Assembly (NCBI RefSeq): GCF_009914755.1
Contig: NC_060935.1
Origin: the human T2T-CHM13v2.0 reference genome, Homo sapiens
DNA: 64,000 nucleotides
Strand: one strand, 5' to 3'
Under the pieces are notes generated by a model. It saw nothing but the letters and a program-made list of their open reading frames with translations. It did no database searches and was not told where the DNA came from. Both the position numbers and the translations under genes were made by a program. Positions 1-11,640 of the stretch are shown here, piece after piece. Every line of letters begins with the position of its first letter. The stretch's first letter is position 1.

Positions 1-683
1 TGATTAAGAGGTTTAAAATAACCCCTTGAGTTTGCTTGAATTTGCCATTTTTCTCCCTCCTAGTGATCATGCATATTTTCCCATATGCTTATTCTGCTCT
101 GTAATTGTCTATTCATCTCCTCTTTCTGGTTGTGTTCTTGATATTTTCCAATATAAATCTGGATTGTTTATTTACCTTATTAGTTCTGTGTTGGAGAAAA
201 ATGCAGGTTCAGGATATTAAAGAGGAGGTCAAAAAGTCTTTTTTCCCCCTGCCTTGCAGTAGCAAGGCTCTCATCCTTGCAGTTGTGGTTCTGGGAAAGC
301 AGAAAGAAGCACAAGCTTTTGCCGTGTGCCAGAGCTCCTGGGATCACAGTGGCCAGAGTCTGGGCTCTCCAACAGCCTTGTTTTTCAGCTGCCTTGCTTT
401 TCAGCAGAAAAATCATGTGGCTGTCTGTTACCTCAGCTTTAATTGTGTTTACACTTTGTTTAGAGGGCCTGGCCTGCTCCTTATGTCCCACAAGCACCTG
501 ATACAGAGCCAGCACACAGTAGGCAGTTTCTTTTCACCCACCATAGATCAGAGGTTGGAATGCACCTTTCTTGACATCTTCATCTGTCTCCTGTCCCCTT
601 TACAGCATGACTGTTTTAAGAGGTCTTGTAGCTATTCTTTGATTACCTCTAGTGATGGGAGGCTTACTGTCTCACAAATACAT

Positions 684-1290
684 TTAGACTTTGAGTTCAA
701 GGTGTGATGAACCTGGGTTTGAATTTCACCTTGACCACTGACTAGTGACATGATTCTGGACAAATAATATTTCTAAACTTCATTTTATTTATCTGAATAA
801 CAGAGATAGTAATATTTCTACCTCTTGTAATTGTGATGAGGATGAAGTGAAATAATAAAAGTAAAGTTCTGGACTCTAAAGAAGTCAAACATAAAAAGTA
901 GAGTAGAATGGTGGTTACCAGAGGTTTTGGGGGTGAGAGGGTGGGTAGGGAAAGGGGAGCTTGATCAAAGTGTGCAAAGTTTCTCTTAGGAGGAATAAAT
1001 TCTGGTGCATAACATGGTGACTGTAGTTAATAATAATTATGGTATATTTCAAAATGGCAAAAAGAAGAATTTAAATGTTCTTATCACAAAGAAATGATAC
1101 CTATTGAAGGTGATGGATATGTTAATTCATCAGATTGGATCATTCCACAATATATACATGTATGGAAATATCACATTGTACCCCATGAACATATACAACT
1201 ATTATTTATCATTCAAAAATAAAACTTTAAAAAAGGAAAGTCTTGACTCCTACTCCTCACATAGTGTCAAGTAAATATTAGCTGTGAATA
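684..1290 (+). mobile_element. MIR SINE split by an L1 insertion (MIR about 684-876 and 1250-1290)
   Basis: MIR motifs 'acctgggtttgaat', 'cttcattttatttatctgaataa', 'gtgatgaggatgaagtgaaataa'. The tail 'gtaaatattagctg' resumes after the L1. Confidence 0.6.
877..1235 (+). mobile_element. L1MA-type 3' end (5'-truncated LINE-1)
   Basis: 'gtagagtagaatggtggttaccagagg', 'ggtgatggatatgttaatt', 'atcacattgtaccccat', then an A-rich tail. Confidence 0.85.
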
Positions 1291-2779
1291 TTAATTTTAT
1301 TTACTGATACAAGGTGTATTTCCTTAAACTTTTGCCATCTATTAGAATCTCAGTGATTTGGCAAAGAAGCCATAGCTCAGCCTCCAGCTCTTATAAGTGG
1401 CCTGGAATTTGGAGTATATTCTTCTGTAATGGAGATGTGGGAGGGTATTGTCTTTGAGCTGATTCCAGAGTGGCCTGTGGTCCAGCGGTGGGGCTGGGCA
1501 GTGCTGTAATACGTCCAGGCTAGCACCTTCTTGGTTTTCAGAGTCTGATTATAGAGACCTCTTGTTTGTCCTTCTCTTTCTTGGCTGGTGTTCTTGCCTT
1601 GGCATCCCTGATAGAAGATAGACAAAAACATTTAGAAGAAATGAAACTCTGATCCACATACTAGTTATCTGTTCCCCTCCGCAGAAAAGGGCTTAGTTTA
1701 GCAAAGAGAGGTAAAGGTAGAGATCATACTTCTAAATTCAAAGCAATATATGTCGAGCTTATTGACAGCACTCAATAAATGTTGCTTTTATTAATATTAC
1801 AGGTAAACCAATACGAGGGTGGCCTGGGCATAGGGTAGGCAGGACCTAACTCTTCTCTTATCCCCAGACTTTAGTATTTCAGTATTTTTGATGAGAATCT
1901 GATTAATGATCTGAAAGTTCCTCAAAGTCTCCTGTGATTTAAGCAGATAGCTTTTATCCTTGGGGAACCAATATAATTAGTATTAGAACTAGGTTCATGA
2001 ATCTTAAGATTATGGAGTTCATCTTTGTCCAGCCCATCTCACTATGCTTTGTAGAGAATAACTTAGCAGAAACAGCCCCCTGCTAGGCATCTTGGTAATT
2101 GCTTCCTAATAACTGTTAATTTTTGGTTTCACAACTAAAATATTAGGGAGTCTGGTGAATTTAAGAAATAGTGTTGAAGTGATGGCAATTGAGATTTTAA
2201 AAGTTGCCTGTATGACAAATGAAACAGATTTAAGGTGGGGGAGAAGGTTACCCATGAACGGGGTGGTATTGAAAATATTTAACAGCCAGTCCAGAAGGGC
2301 ATTGGCACAGTAGAAACTACACTGCAGGCCCCTTGATTTGCCGGACACCTATCCTTGTTGAATAGTGAGGAGACCTTGGGACACTACGAAGGGGACAGAG
2401 CATTCACTGGGGCTTTGGAGCACTGACTCTTTACACGCTGTTATGGAAGTATTTCAGTATTTTAAACAACCAGTATAGTTGTACCAGTCGGGTACTGGAG
2501 GTGGTGTGGGAGAGTGTCTGAAACTGGCAGGTGTTCAGAGGTGTTGATAGATTCTTCACTTGTCATCTTTAATTCATTGCTGAGAAAACTTTAGTTGCGC
2601 TAGGCCAGATTATCCCCAAAGGCGTTTGGACAGTGTCACATTAGAATTTAGGGCTATTTAGAAAGCACTGAGACATGTCCTTTTTTTCAGAAAATACTGT
2701 GTATACAGTGTGAGAGGCGCACAGCCTCTGTCTTCATGAGGTCCCCAGTCTATCGGTGGCCTTGAAATTTTTCTGCTCT

Positions 2780-3200
2780 TTGACTGTAGGCTAGGAATCT
2801 GTCCTTGAGAAATGATTACAAGGATGTTTGCTACAACAGTGAAAAGTTGGGCAAAATCTAAATGTCCAAGCATGAGAAAAGAGCTAAATAATAGCATATC
2901 CACCCCCCAGAATATTATGTACCTCTTAAAAATCACAGACACAGAGAAGTTTTCAGGACTCAGGAACTATTTCTGACTGTGAAATGTTAGGTGGGCAATA
3001 AAAACCTAAAGCTGTAAGGAATAATTAGTGTAAGAAAGGACATCAAAATGCATGGGTAGCACTGATTATTATTTGATGGTGGAATATGGGTAAAGTTAAT
3101 TTTCTTTGTGGATGTTTCTATATGTTCCACTTTTGGTCATCTATGGGTATTAACTTTTATAACTAGAGGTGTTCCAGAAATATTTTTAAAAACCCGATTA
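2780..3200 (+). mobile_element. Highly diverged L1ME-like fragment
   Basis: 'aaaagttgggcaaaatctaaatgtcca', 'tgggtattaacttttataact' resemble old L1 3' UTR. Confidence 0.45.
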
Positions 3201-5810
3201 AAAATTTAAAAATTATTGTATAATTAGTGAGTGGGTGAACATGTTGGATTTAAACTTGGAGAAGCACATTTGGAGGTTGTATTTATCTCTTGTAAAGAAA
3301 GCTGCTGACTCGGTGGGATAAAAATAAGAGGCCTAGGTCAGCCTCCTCGCGTTGAGGCACCTGGCTCCCCCAGGCTTCCAGACTGCACGGGTTCTGAGAG
3401 GCCCTAATGGGCTTGTTGAAAGGTTCTACTTGGCTTCTTATTAATGTCCCTCCCTGAGCTGTGCTCTGCTCTGCTGGCTAACCTTGTCGGAAGGTTACCC
3501 GTGGCTCTCCAGGGCTCGGCTAATTTTAAACCTGGTCAGGGAGTGTGGTGGCATTGCTCTGCAGAGACATGAACAGCTCCCTGGGAGACACTGCTGGGGA
3601 AAGATGAGTCGAGTCTACGGTTTTTTCTCATCCTCCTGTAAGTGACCAGGCACGCTGAACAAGCAAAGAGAGCTGGGATAATAATGAGAGCTTTTATGGT
3701 AAAAACCAGGATTATTAAAGATCTTTTAGCAGTGTCAATGCTGGTTGATAATTGCACGGTGTGATGTGCCCTGCATGAACTGTGTCAATTCTGGCCACAC
3801 TAGGAGTAGCAAGGTGAATGAGATCCTCTCTTCTGGAAACTAGACTTTGGCTGCTTTTAAAGACAGAATGAAACTACAGTGAATTTCACTACTTATTCGG
3901 TATTATTTTAAATTTTCAGGACTCACACTCCACTGGTGATAAGTTCTTCTATGAAATTTTTGATCAATTTGATTGGGAGAGGGCTGTTTCTGAAAAGCTA
4001 AAAAAAATTTAAAAACACAGAATCGCTGCCTGTCTGCATGTCAACTGCTGGTCTGGCTGCCTCTAAAATTGTCATTTTAAGGGGTTTTTTTTTTTTTTTT
4101 TGGACTGTTTGCAGTGGAGTCTTGTTCAGAATACGGCTGTGTCTTATAATACGTGCAACCCTGATATTGTAAAATGAAATATAAATCAATAACTGCAAAA
4201 TAAGGTGACAATTGAGAACCTTTTCCCCATCAAAATTAATTGTTAAAAAAAAAAACTTAGCCCATATTTTTCTGCTTAGAATTTTTTTGTCCATCTACCT
4301 TTCACCACCTTCAGGTTGGGAATCTAAATGTGCCTGTTAGAGTTGGCTCTGTCTTCTCCTGCCAAGGCATTCACAGCTTCTTTTGCACGTACGGGATTAC
4401 AGTGGGAAACCCATTCCACCCAGTGGATGGCCTGGTCTTGAGGCTTACCTGCCTGGCTTAAGGAAGTGCATCTTTTCTTGTAGCTGGGCCTGTACCCACC
4501 CACTCATAAAACAGTTGCTAGGAGCAAATTAAAGAGGCATTGTGTGTGGAGTAAACCAGGATGAAAGAACAATGGATGGAGAATCAATACCCTCCTAACT
4601 CCCTACAGTGATTGAAGTTAACTTTATTTGAAATATCCAGGCTGGGCCAGAGCACATCAAGCTAGCAGCATTCTTGCACGAGAGTAGCACGGGAATGAAC
4701 TTTGATTTCATTTTAGGGAAGAAGAAAAAATAATGAATAAATGCTTTTTATTAGCCTTTTCCCTCCCCTTGAAGTCCTACCTCTTCTACATAAACCTAAT
4801 TAGCTTCGACATGTTTGGATTTAGTTTTGAGAAAATTAAAGCTGAGTAATATTAGGAATTTGTTCAGTGGGAATACTTGTTAAAACCTTCATTGACCCAA
4901 ATCTGACTTATAAATGGTATTAAATAAGCAAACTAAAGAAAACTTCATCCCCGTCTTGTCCTAAAATAATATTTTTAAAAGCATATTTAGAGTTAAGTAT
5001 AATATAAATATGTTACCCTGATTAGGTACTAAATGAGGTACTGAAGAAGCTGTAGTGGCGGTATTGAGTGTAGTTATGAATTTAATGTTCTTTTCTTAAA
5101 AACCAAGTCCTCTTTGACACATGTTCAAAGGTCTTCCTTTTTTTTCTTCTCCTGAGCTGCTCTTTCTCACCTCTGGGGCACTTCCCTCCTACACTTGGCC
5201 CGCATGCGTGGTTTAGGCAGGCCCACTGTTATTTTTGTGGTAACCTGACACTGGGCCCAGCGCAGCCCCCTGGCTCTTGTGGGAGGTGAACTGGCTGAGA
5301 GCCAGGCTGCGTTCTCCCAGGATGAGCTGCTGCTGAAGCAGGCTGGGCTGAGGGCTGTGGGCAGGCTGCAGCAGGGGCTGGGATGCCACAGACCAGGCGG
5401 GCTGGGGGTTCACCAGTGAAGACCTCAGACTGTGCGGCTCAGCAGGTGGCAGGTCCTGCCTGAGGTTAAAGAAAGGTGGAGTTGGTTGTTGAGGCCACAG
5501 ACCAGGTAGTCAGGGTGTTTGGAAACCTGAGGAAGGTTTTGAGGCCAGTGAGTCTCTTTTATCTCACTCTGTGGTTCTAGTCTAAGGTATGCCTGAGGCT
5601 GTCCTTGTAATTCCTTAGACAAGGATGAATTTCTTAAGAATCATCAAAATTGTATTCACATTTTAAGTTAAAATAAAGCAAATGGTTATTTGTTGAGCTG
5701 GGCTAGGGGGCTGGAGTGGGGTGCAGAAATGAATGGGAAATAGTGCCTACCTTTGAAAATTTGCAGTATAGCAGGGAAGAAGGTGGATATATTAGCAGTA
5801 ATTATTATTA

Positions 5811-6132
5811 TTTTTTAATTTTTAAAATTTTTATTTTTTATTTATTTTTTGAGACGATGTCTTGCTATGTCATCCAGGCTGGAGTGCAGTGGCACAATCT
5901 TGGCTCACTGCAACTCTGCCTCCCGGGTTCAAGTGATAATCCTGCCTCAGCCTCCTGAGTAGCTGGGATTATAGGCACCCGCCACCACACCCATCTAATT
6001 TTTTGTATTTTTAGTAGAGATGTGGTTTCACTATTTTGGCAAGGCTGGTCTTGAACTCCTGACCTCAAGTGATCTGCCTGCCTAGGTCTCTCAGAGTGCT
6101 AGGATTACAGGCGTGAGCCACCACGCCTGGCC
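5811..6132 (-). mobile_element. Alu (AluS-like)
   Basis: T-rich tail followed by reverse-complement Alu body ending 'ccacgcctggcc'. Confidence 0.95.
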
Positions 6133-6416
6133 TATTAGTTTTGTTGTCAGCTATTTGAGAACCTACGGTGTGTCTGGCACAGTTAAGACATACTACCCAT
6201 GCTCATCTCTAAGCATTTAGATAATATATGCATTGACTGTTGATTGAGATATTCTGTTAATACTTTCATGGATCATCTCATTTAATCTTTACATCAGGTG
6301 GCTAATAATGTTCCAGTTTTCATGAAAAGAAATGTAGGCACAGGTAATAAGTGGAGGAATCAAAATTCAAACTCTTTGGGATTCTAAAACTCAATATTCT
6401 CTTTATGTATATATAA

Positions 6417-6776
<360 letters not shown>

Positions 6777-9046
6777 TAGAAATACCTACCAAGGACAATA
6801 TCAGCAAAAGTTTTTTGAGTTCCAACAATCTGTCAGGTATTGGGAGAGCCCCAGGCACCTGAAGGAGTGGAGTAGGTGGCCGGCTGTGTCCAGGCATCTT
6901 GGAGTGCGTGTGCAGCTAGAATGTTGGGGTTCTGGATGGGTGGCTGGAGGAGCAGGCTGAGAACAGGTGTGAAAGGCCAGGGGTCTCATAATGCACTTCA
7001 GTCCTGAGTGAGTGGGGATCTGCTGAATGACTTCAAGTGAGTGTATGATGAAAGTCCTATTTGCATTTTAGGAAAACCTTTCTGACTGCGGGATAGTGTA
7101 GGAGACACTCGCTAAAAATATGTCTCCTGGGATTCTGATTCAGGATTTCTGGCATAAAGCTGGGAATCTCTATGTTTAAGAAGCCACCCATATCATCTCG
7201 TATAACCAGGCTTGGGGACTAGGTTGTTGGCAGTGGCGAGAGTGTGGGGAGGCGGGGGACAGCTCAGCTCTGGCAGAGGGCTGAGGCAGAAATGGTGCGG
7301 TCCTTTCCTTGAGACAGGAGCAAAGTTAGTGGGGTAGAGAGGAGCAGAGGGGATCCAGGGGAGGCAGGGGGACTGGGGGTCAAATGGACGTTCTTGGTGA
7401 TCATTTAGATCAGGAGGGGAGGAGGGGAACCTAGGATAATGGCCCTCCTTTTGGGTTATGCTCCAGCCAGTTTACCTGAGAAACATCATCTCTGAGAGGA
7501 GGCGGTGGGATTCTCCCAGGACCTGGGAATCCTTTTGGATTTTCATGGGGACTTTTACAGATAGATCCTTAATCAGCAATGTGATGTTGATGGTGTCAGG
7601 GCCCACTGTGCCAGAACTGTGTGTGTGTGAGGATTTGCGCTGGTTTGTTTTGCCTGTGGGGGACTTTTGGCTTCTGAAGTCACATCCCCTACGTAGAGTC
7701 ACCTTTAGGCAGTTGGATTGAGAGGGAATCTGCACCTGGAAGTCTCCCTGAGAGGGAGGGCTTTAGTGGCCATTTGTACGTGTAATTGGAAATGGATTAC
7801 ATTTTAATTAATCTAAGGGGCTGAGAGCTCATCTTGTTCCTCTACCAGGGTTAACAGAATCTGTAGAAGGATGTAGTCTTGGAAGGAAATATATTCCCCC
7901 TGCCTGACACTCCGTCCACCTTTTTCCCTAAAGAAATTTGTGTGTGTGTGCTGGGGACCCGTAGAAAATGTGGATTTAATCAAGGTGTGGCCTTTGCATA
8001 TTTTACTGAATTCAGCAGACTCATTTTGCTGGGGTTTGTCAGAGGGGAGGGGGAGGAGACTGCTGGCTGGAGAGGGCTCACAGCACCCTGGGCCATGGGG
8101 AAGTGAAGGCAGGAGAAGGCGCAGGCCTGATGTCAGACATGAGCGCATCAGACTTTCTGTCCGTACCTCTCTTGTACTGGGCGTCTTGCCCCCACTGAAT
8201 GCCCTTACAGTGCTTGTGGACGGCTTAGAGTGGTCTTGTGCCCACAGCAGGTGCTCCAGTAATATTTGTTCATTTGAATGAGTGGTTTAATTGAGGGGGG
8301 AACAGTAGTTACTCACTTATCCTGCCTCAGCCTGTCTTCAGCTAAGGTGCCAAGATTCTTTCTCTTGCTGAACTTGAACTGGATGTAAACCAAGGACCAG
8401 GTTTACATTTTGAGGATTGGGATGGGGTGCGGGTGGGGCTTTAATTGGCCCCTGAATTTGCATCTCAATGTGAGAGACCTGTTTTGCATCTGCTCCATCA
8501 CCATGTCATCATTAAATGGAAGATTATATTTGTCGTTTAAAGGGTGGGGACTTGCTTGTGTTGGTGATCATTGGGACCCAGTTGACATTTGTGAACCGGC
8601 AGTGTTGCGTGCTTTTGGTTAAATTCATGCATTAGCTCGTGTCGGCATTAGTTGGTGTTTTCACATTGGCCAAATGCAGACGCATGTCTCTGTATAAGCA
8701 TAGCAGCCTGGTTCCCATGTTGGGCTCGAGTGTGACCCTGTTGTCAGCTCACAGCCTCTCTTTAGGGATGAGGGGAGTATGTTGAGTGCTTGAAGACAGT
8801 CTGATGAGCATTCATTAGAATGGCTGAGTGATCAGGTACCGAGCAGAGTTAATCCCATGGCTCTGGGTTGTTTAAACAAACACACCTTTATAAACTTGGA
8901 ACACTGAAGGGAGACGTCACATTGTAGTATTTCAGTTTATCTAGAGAACTGTCCTGGCCTTGGACCATACTGAAAATACTTTTGATTTAAAAGTTCAGAT
9001 TCCAGATATATAACATTCTCTGTTCTTCACCCTTTATCTTCCCAAG

Positions 9047-9075
9047 TAGACAGACAGACAGACAGACACACACAC
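9047..9075. repeat. (AGAC)n(AC)n compound microsatellite
   Basis: agacagacagacagacagacacacacac. Confidence 0.9.
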
Positions 9076-9410
9076 GTACACCTTCAGGAGTTGCTCACAC
9101 ACTCCTGGTGTTTCTGGTGTTTTCGTGCTTTTTGTATGAAACAGTCCACCTTTCGTCATGGCCTGTGAGGCCCCCTGTGATTGACTCAGCTTACATTTTC
9201 AGCCTCTGCTCTAGCCTTTCTACTTTCTTGCTTGGCTCTCTCTTCCCCACATCTCCTCCACTAATACTTGGCCTGTGAGTCTGGATTAGCCTTTCAGACC
9301 AGCCTAAATGCCACCTCCCTGAGAAACTCTCATTGATCCGAGAGACAGAATAAACTCCTCCATCAGCACCCTATTGATTCCTCCATTGCATCAGGTGACA
9401 TATTTATTCA

Positions 9411-9801
<391 letters not shown>

Positions 9802-11114
9802 GGAAAAATTACTAAAGGCATGGGCCCAAACCTTAAAGATCTCACAAATCCTCAAAGGTGAGAGACGCATAAACAAATCATTCCTATGCGGTGAGTGAGT
9901 TCAGTTCATTTGTACTGGCTGGCAAAGGTGCTACCTGTGGGAACACAGAGGAGTGGGGAAAGGCCAGGTCAGGCTTCCCAGTGGAGGGGCTTGAAGTCTT
10001 GCAGGTATGTGTACTTATTTGTCTCGCTGCTGGAGAGGGTGCTTGTTGAGGACAGGGAATGTGGTATCTTTATCTCCATATCCAGTGCTTGGGACATATG
10101 GCTGAAGGGACAGGGGTGGGAGGGGCTCTCAGTAAATGCTTTTACCACATTAAATTGAAACAGATAATTAGAAAACAGAAACTTTCCCTTTCATATTTAT
10201 ACCCTATCATGTTTCAGAATCTTTTAAGGCAGCATGCAAGACTGTAAAATAGCATAAATAGAAGGTGGGAGAAAGAATGGAGAAAAAGAAGAGGATAGAG
10301 GTGAAGACTAAATGTGGACTTAGGAATGAAACCAAACTTGCCGACCAAAACCACCTCTGAGCACTCTCTGAGGGGCCTGCCAGTGTGGCTCAGTGCACTT
10401 TGGTGGCTACTGAGTAAAGGAAAGGCCAATGGCTTGACCACGAGGTAAAAAACACATTGTGTTTTGTTTGCTGTACAACTTTCCTTTGGGATCTTTGTAA
10501 AGATCAGTCTGTGTGACGTGATGAGCAGCGTCTTCCACATCCTTGCATTCACTCTAGAGACAAATCCCATTGGCTGTTTCTTCTAATAACCCTTCATATG
10601 CTGATGGCAGCACATCAAAGCATAATTCAAAAAAGGCAAATGTATTCAGAGCTCCTGGAATAATCTTTCTCTAAGGTAACTGGAATCAGAAAGGCACTGA
10701 AACAGGGCAGTTTTTTTTTTTTTTTTTTTTTCATTTCTTTCTTTTTTTTTAAAATAATTTTTATTGAAGTCCAACTTACATACAGAAAAGGGCACACACA
10801 TCATCAATATTGAGTCCCTTGTGTTTTTCCATTTGAATGCATTGGCATCCAGAGCCATTGATCTATTGATCTGCACTGACATGACCAGAACCTCCTAAGC
10901 CTCCCCACGCTGCCTTCCAGTCAGTACTCCCAACCCTAAAGGGTGGTTGCTACCCTGACTTCTAATAACGTAGATGAATTTCGTTAGTGTTTGAACTTGG
11001 TATGAACGGACGCAGACAGTATAGTATATATTTCTTTGTATCTTTTTTTTCCTCAATATTGCGTTGGTACAATTCACCCATGTTGTTACTTGCAGTTGTC
11101 ATTTATTTATATTC

Positions 11115-11311
11115 TATTGCTGTCCCATAGAACTTTCTGTGGCTGTGAAATGATTTTTGTCTGTGCTGTATGACACAGTAGCCATTAGCCACTTGTGAAT
11201 ATTGAGCTCATGAGATACAAGTAGTGTGACTGAACAACTGAATTTTTAATCTTATTAATTTACATTTAAATTCACAAATGTGTCTAGTGCCTACTGCATT
11301 GGACAGTACAG
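11115..11311 (+). mobile_element. MER3 (hAT-Charlie non-autonomous DNA transposon)
   Basis: Resembles the MER3 consensus: 'tgctgtcccatagaactttctg...gtagccattagccacttgtg...actgaatttttaat...ttggacagtacag', with terminal inverted repeats. Confidence 0.85.
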
Positions 11312-11345
11312 CTGTATACCATTCTATTTTATGAATATGCTACAG

Positions 11346-11640
11346 TTTTTTTTTTTTAAGACAGTGTCTCACACTCTCTCAGGCCAGAGTGCGGTGGCGT
11401 GATCACAGCTCACTACAGCTTGACCGCCTGGGCTCAGGTGATCCTCCTACTTCAGCCTCTGGGGTAGCTGGGACTACAGGCATGCGCCACCAACACCCAG
11501 CTAATTTTTTTTTTTTTTTTTTGTAGAGATAGGGTCTCACTATGTTGCCCAGGCTGCTCTCAACTCCTGCGCTGAAGCAATCTGCCCATCTCGGCCTCCC
11601 AAAGTGCTGGAATTACAGATGTGTTCCACAGCGCCCAGCC
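11346..11640 (-). mobile_element. Alu (AluJ-like)
   Basis: Reverse Alu dimer. Degenerate TSD tgaatatgctacagttt / tgattatactatagttt. Confidence 0.94.

Noticed and set aside
105-707. 200-aa ORF, the longest in the track
   Set aside because: Non-ATG start, low-complexity L/F/S/C-rich composition, no recognisable domain, and it runs into a MIR. Consistent with a chance intronic ORF.
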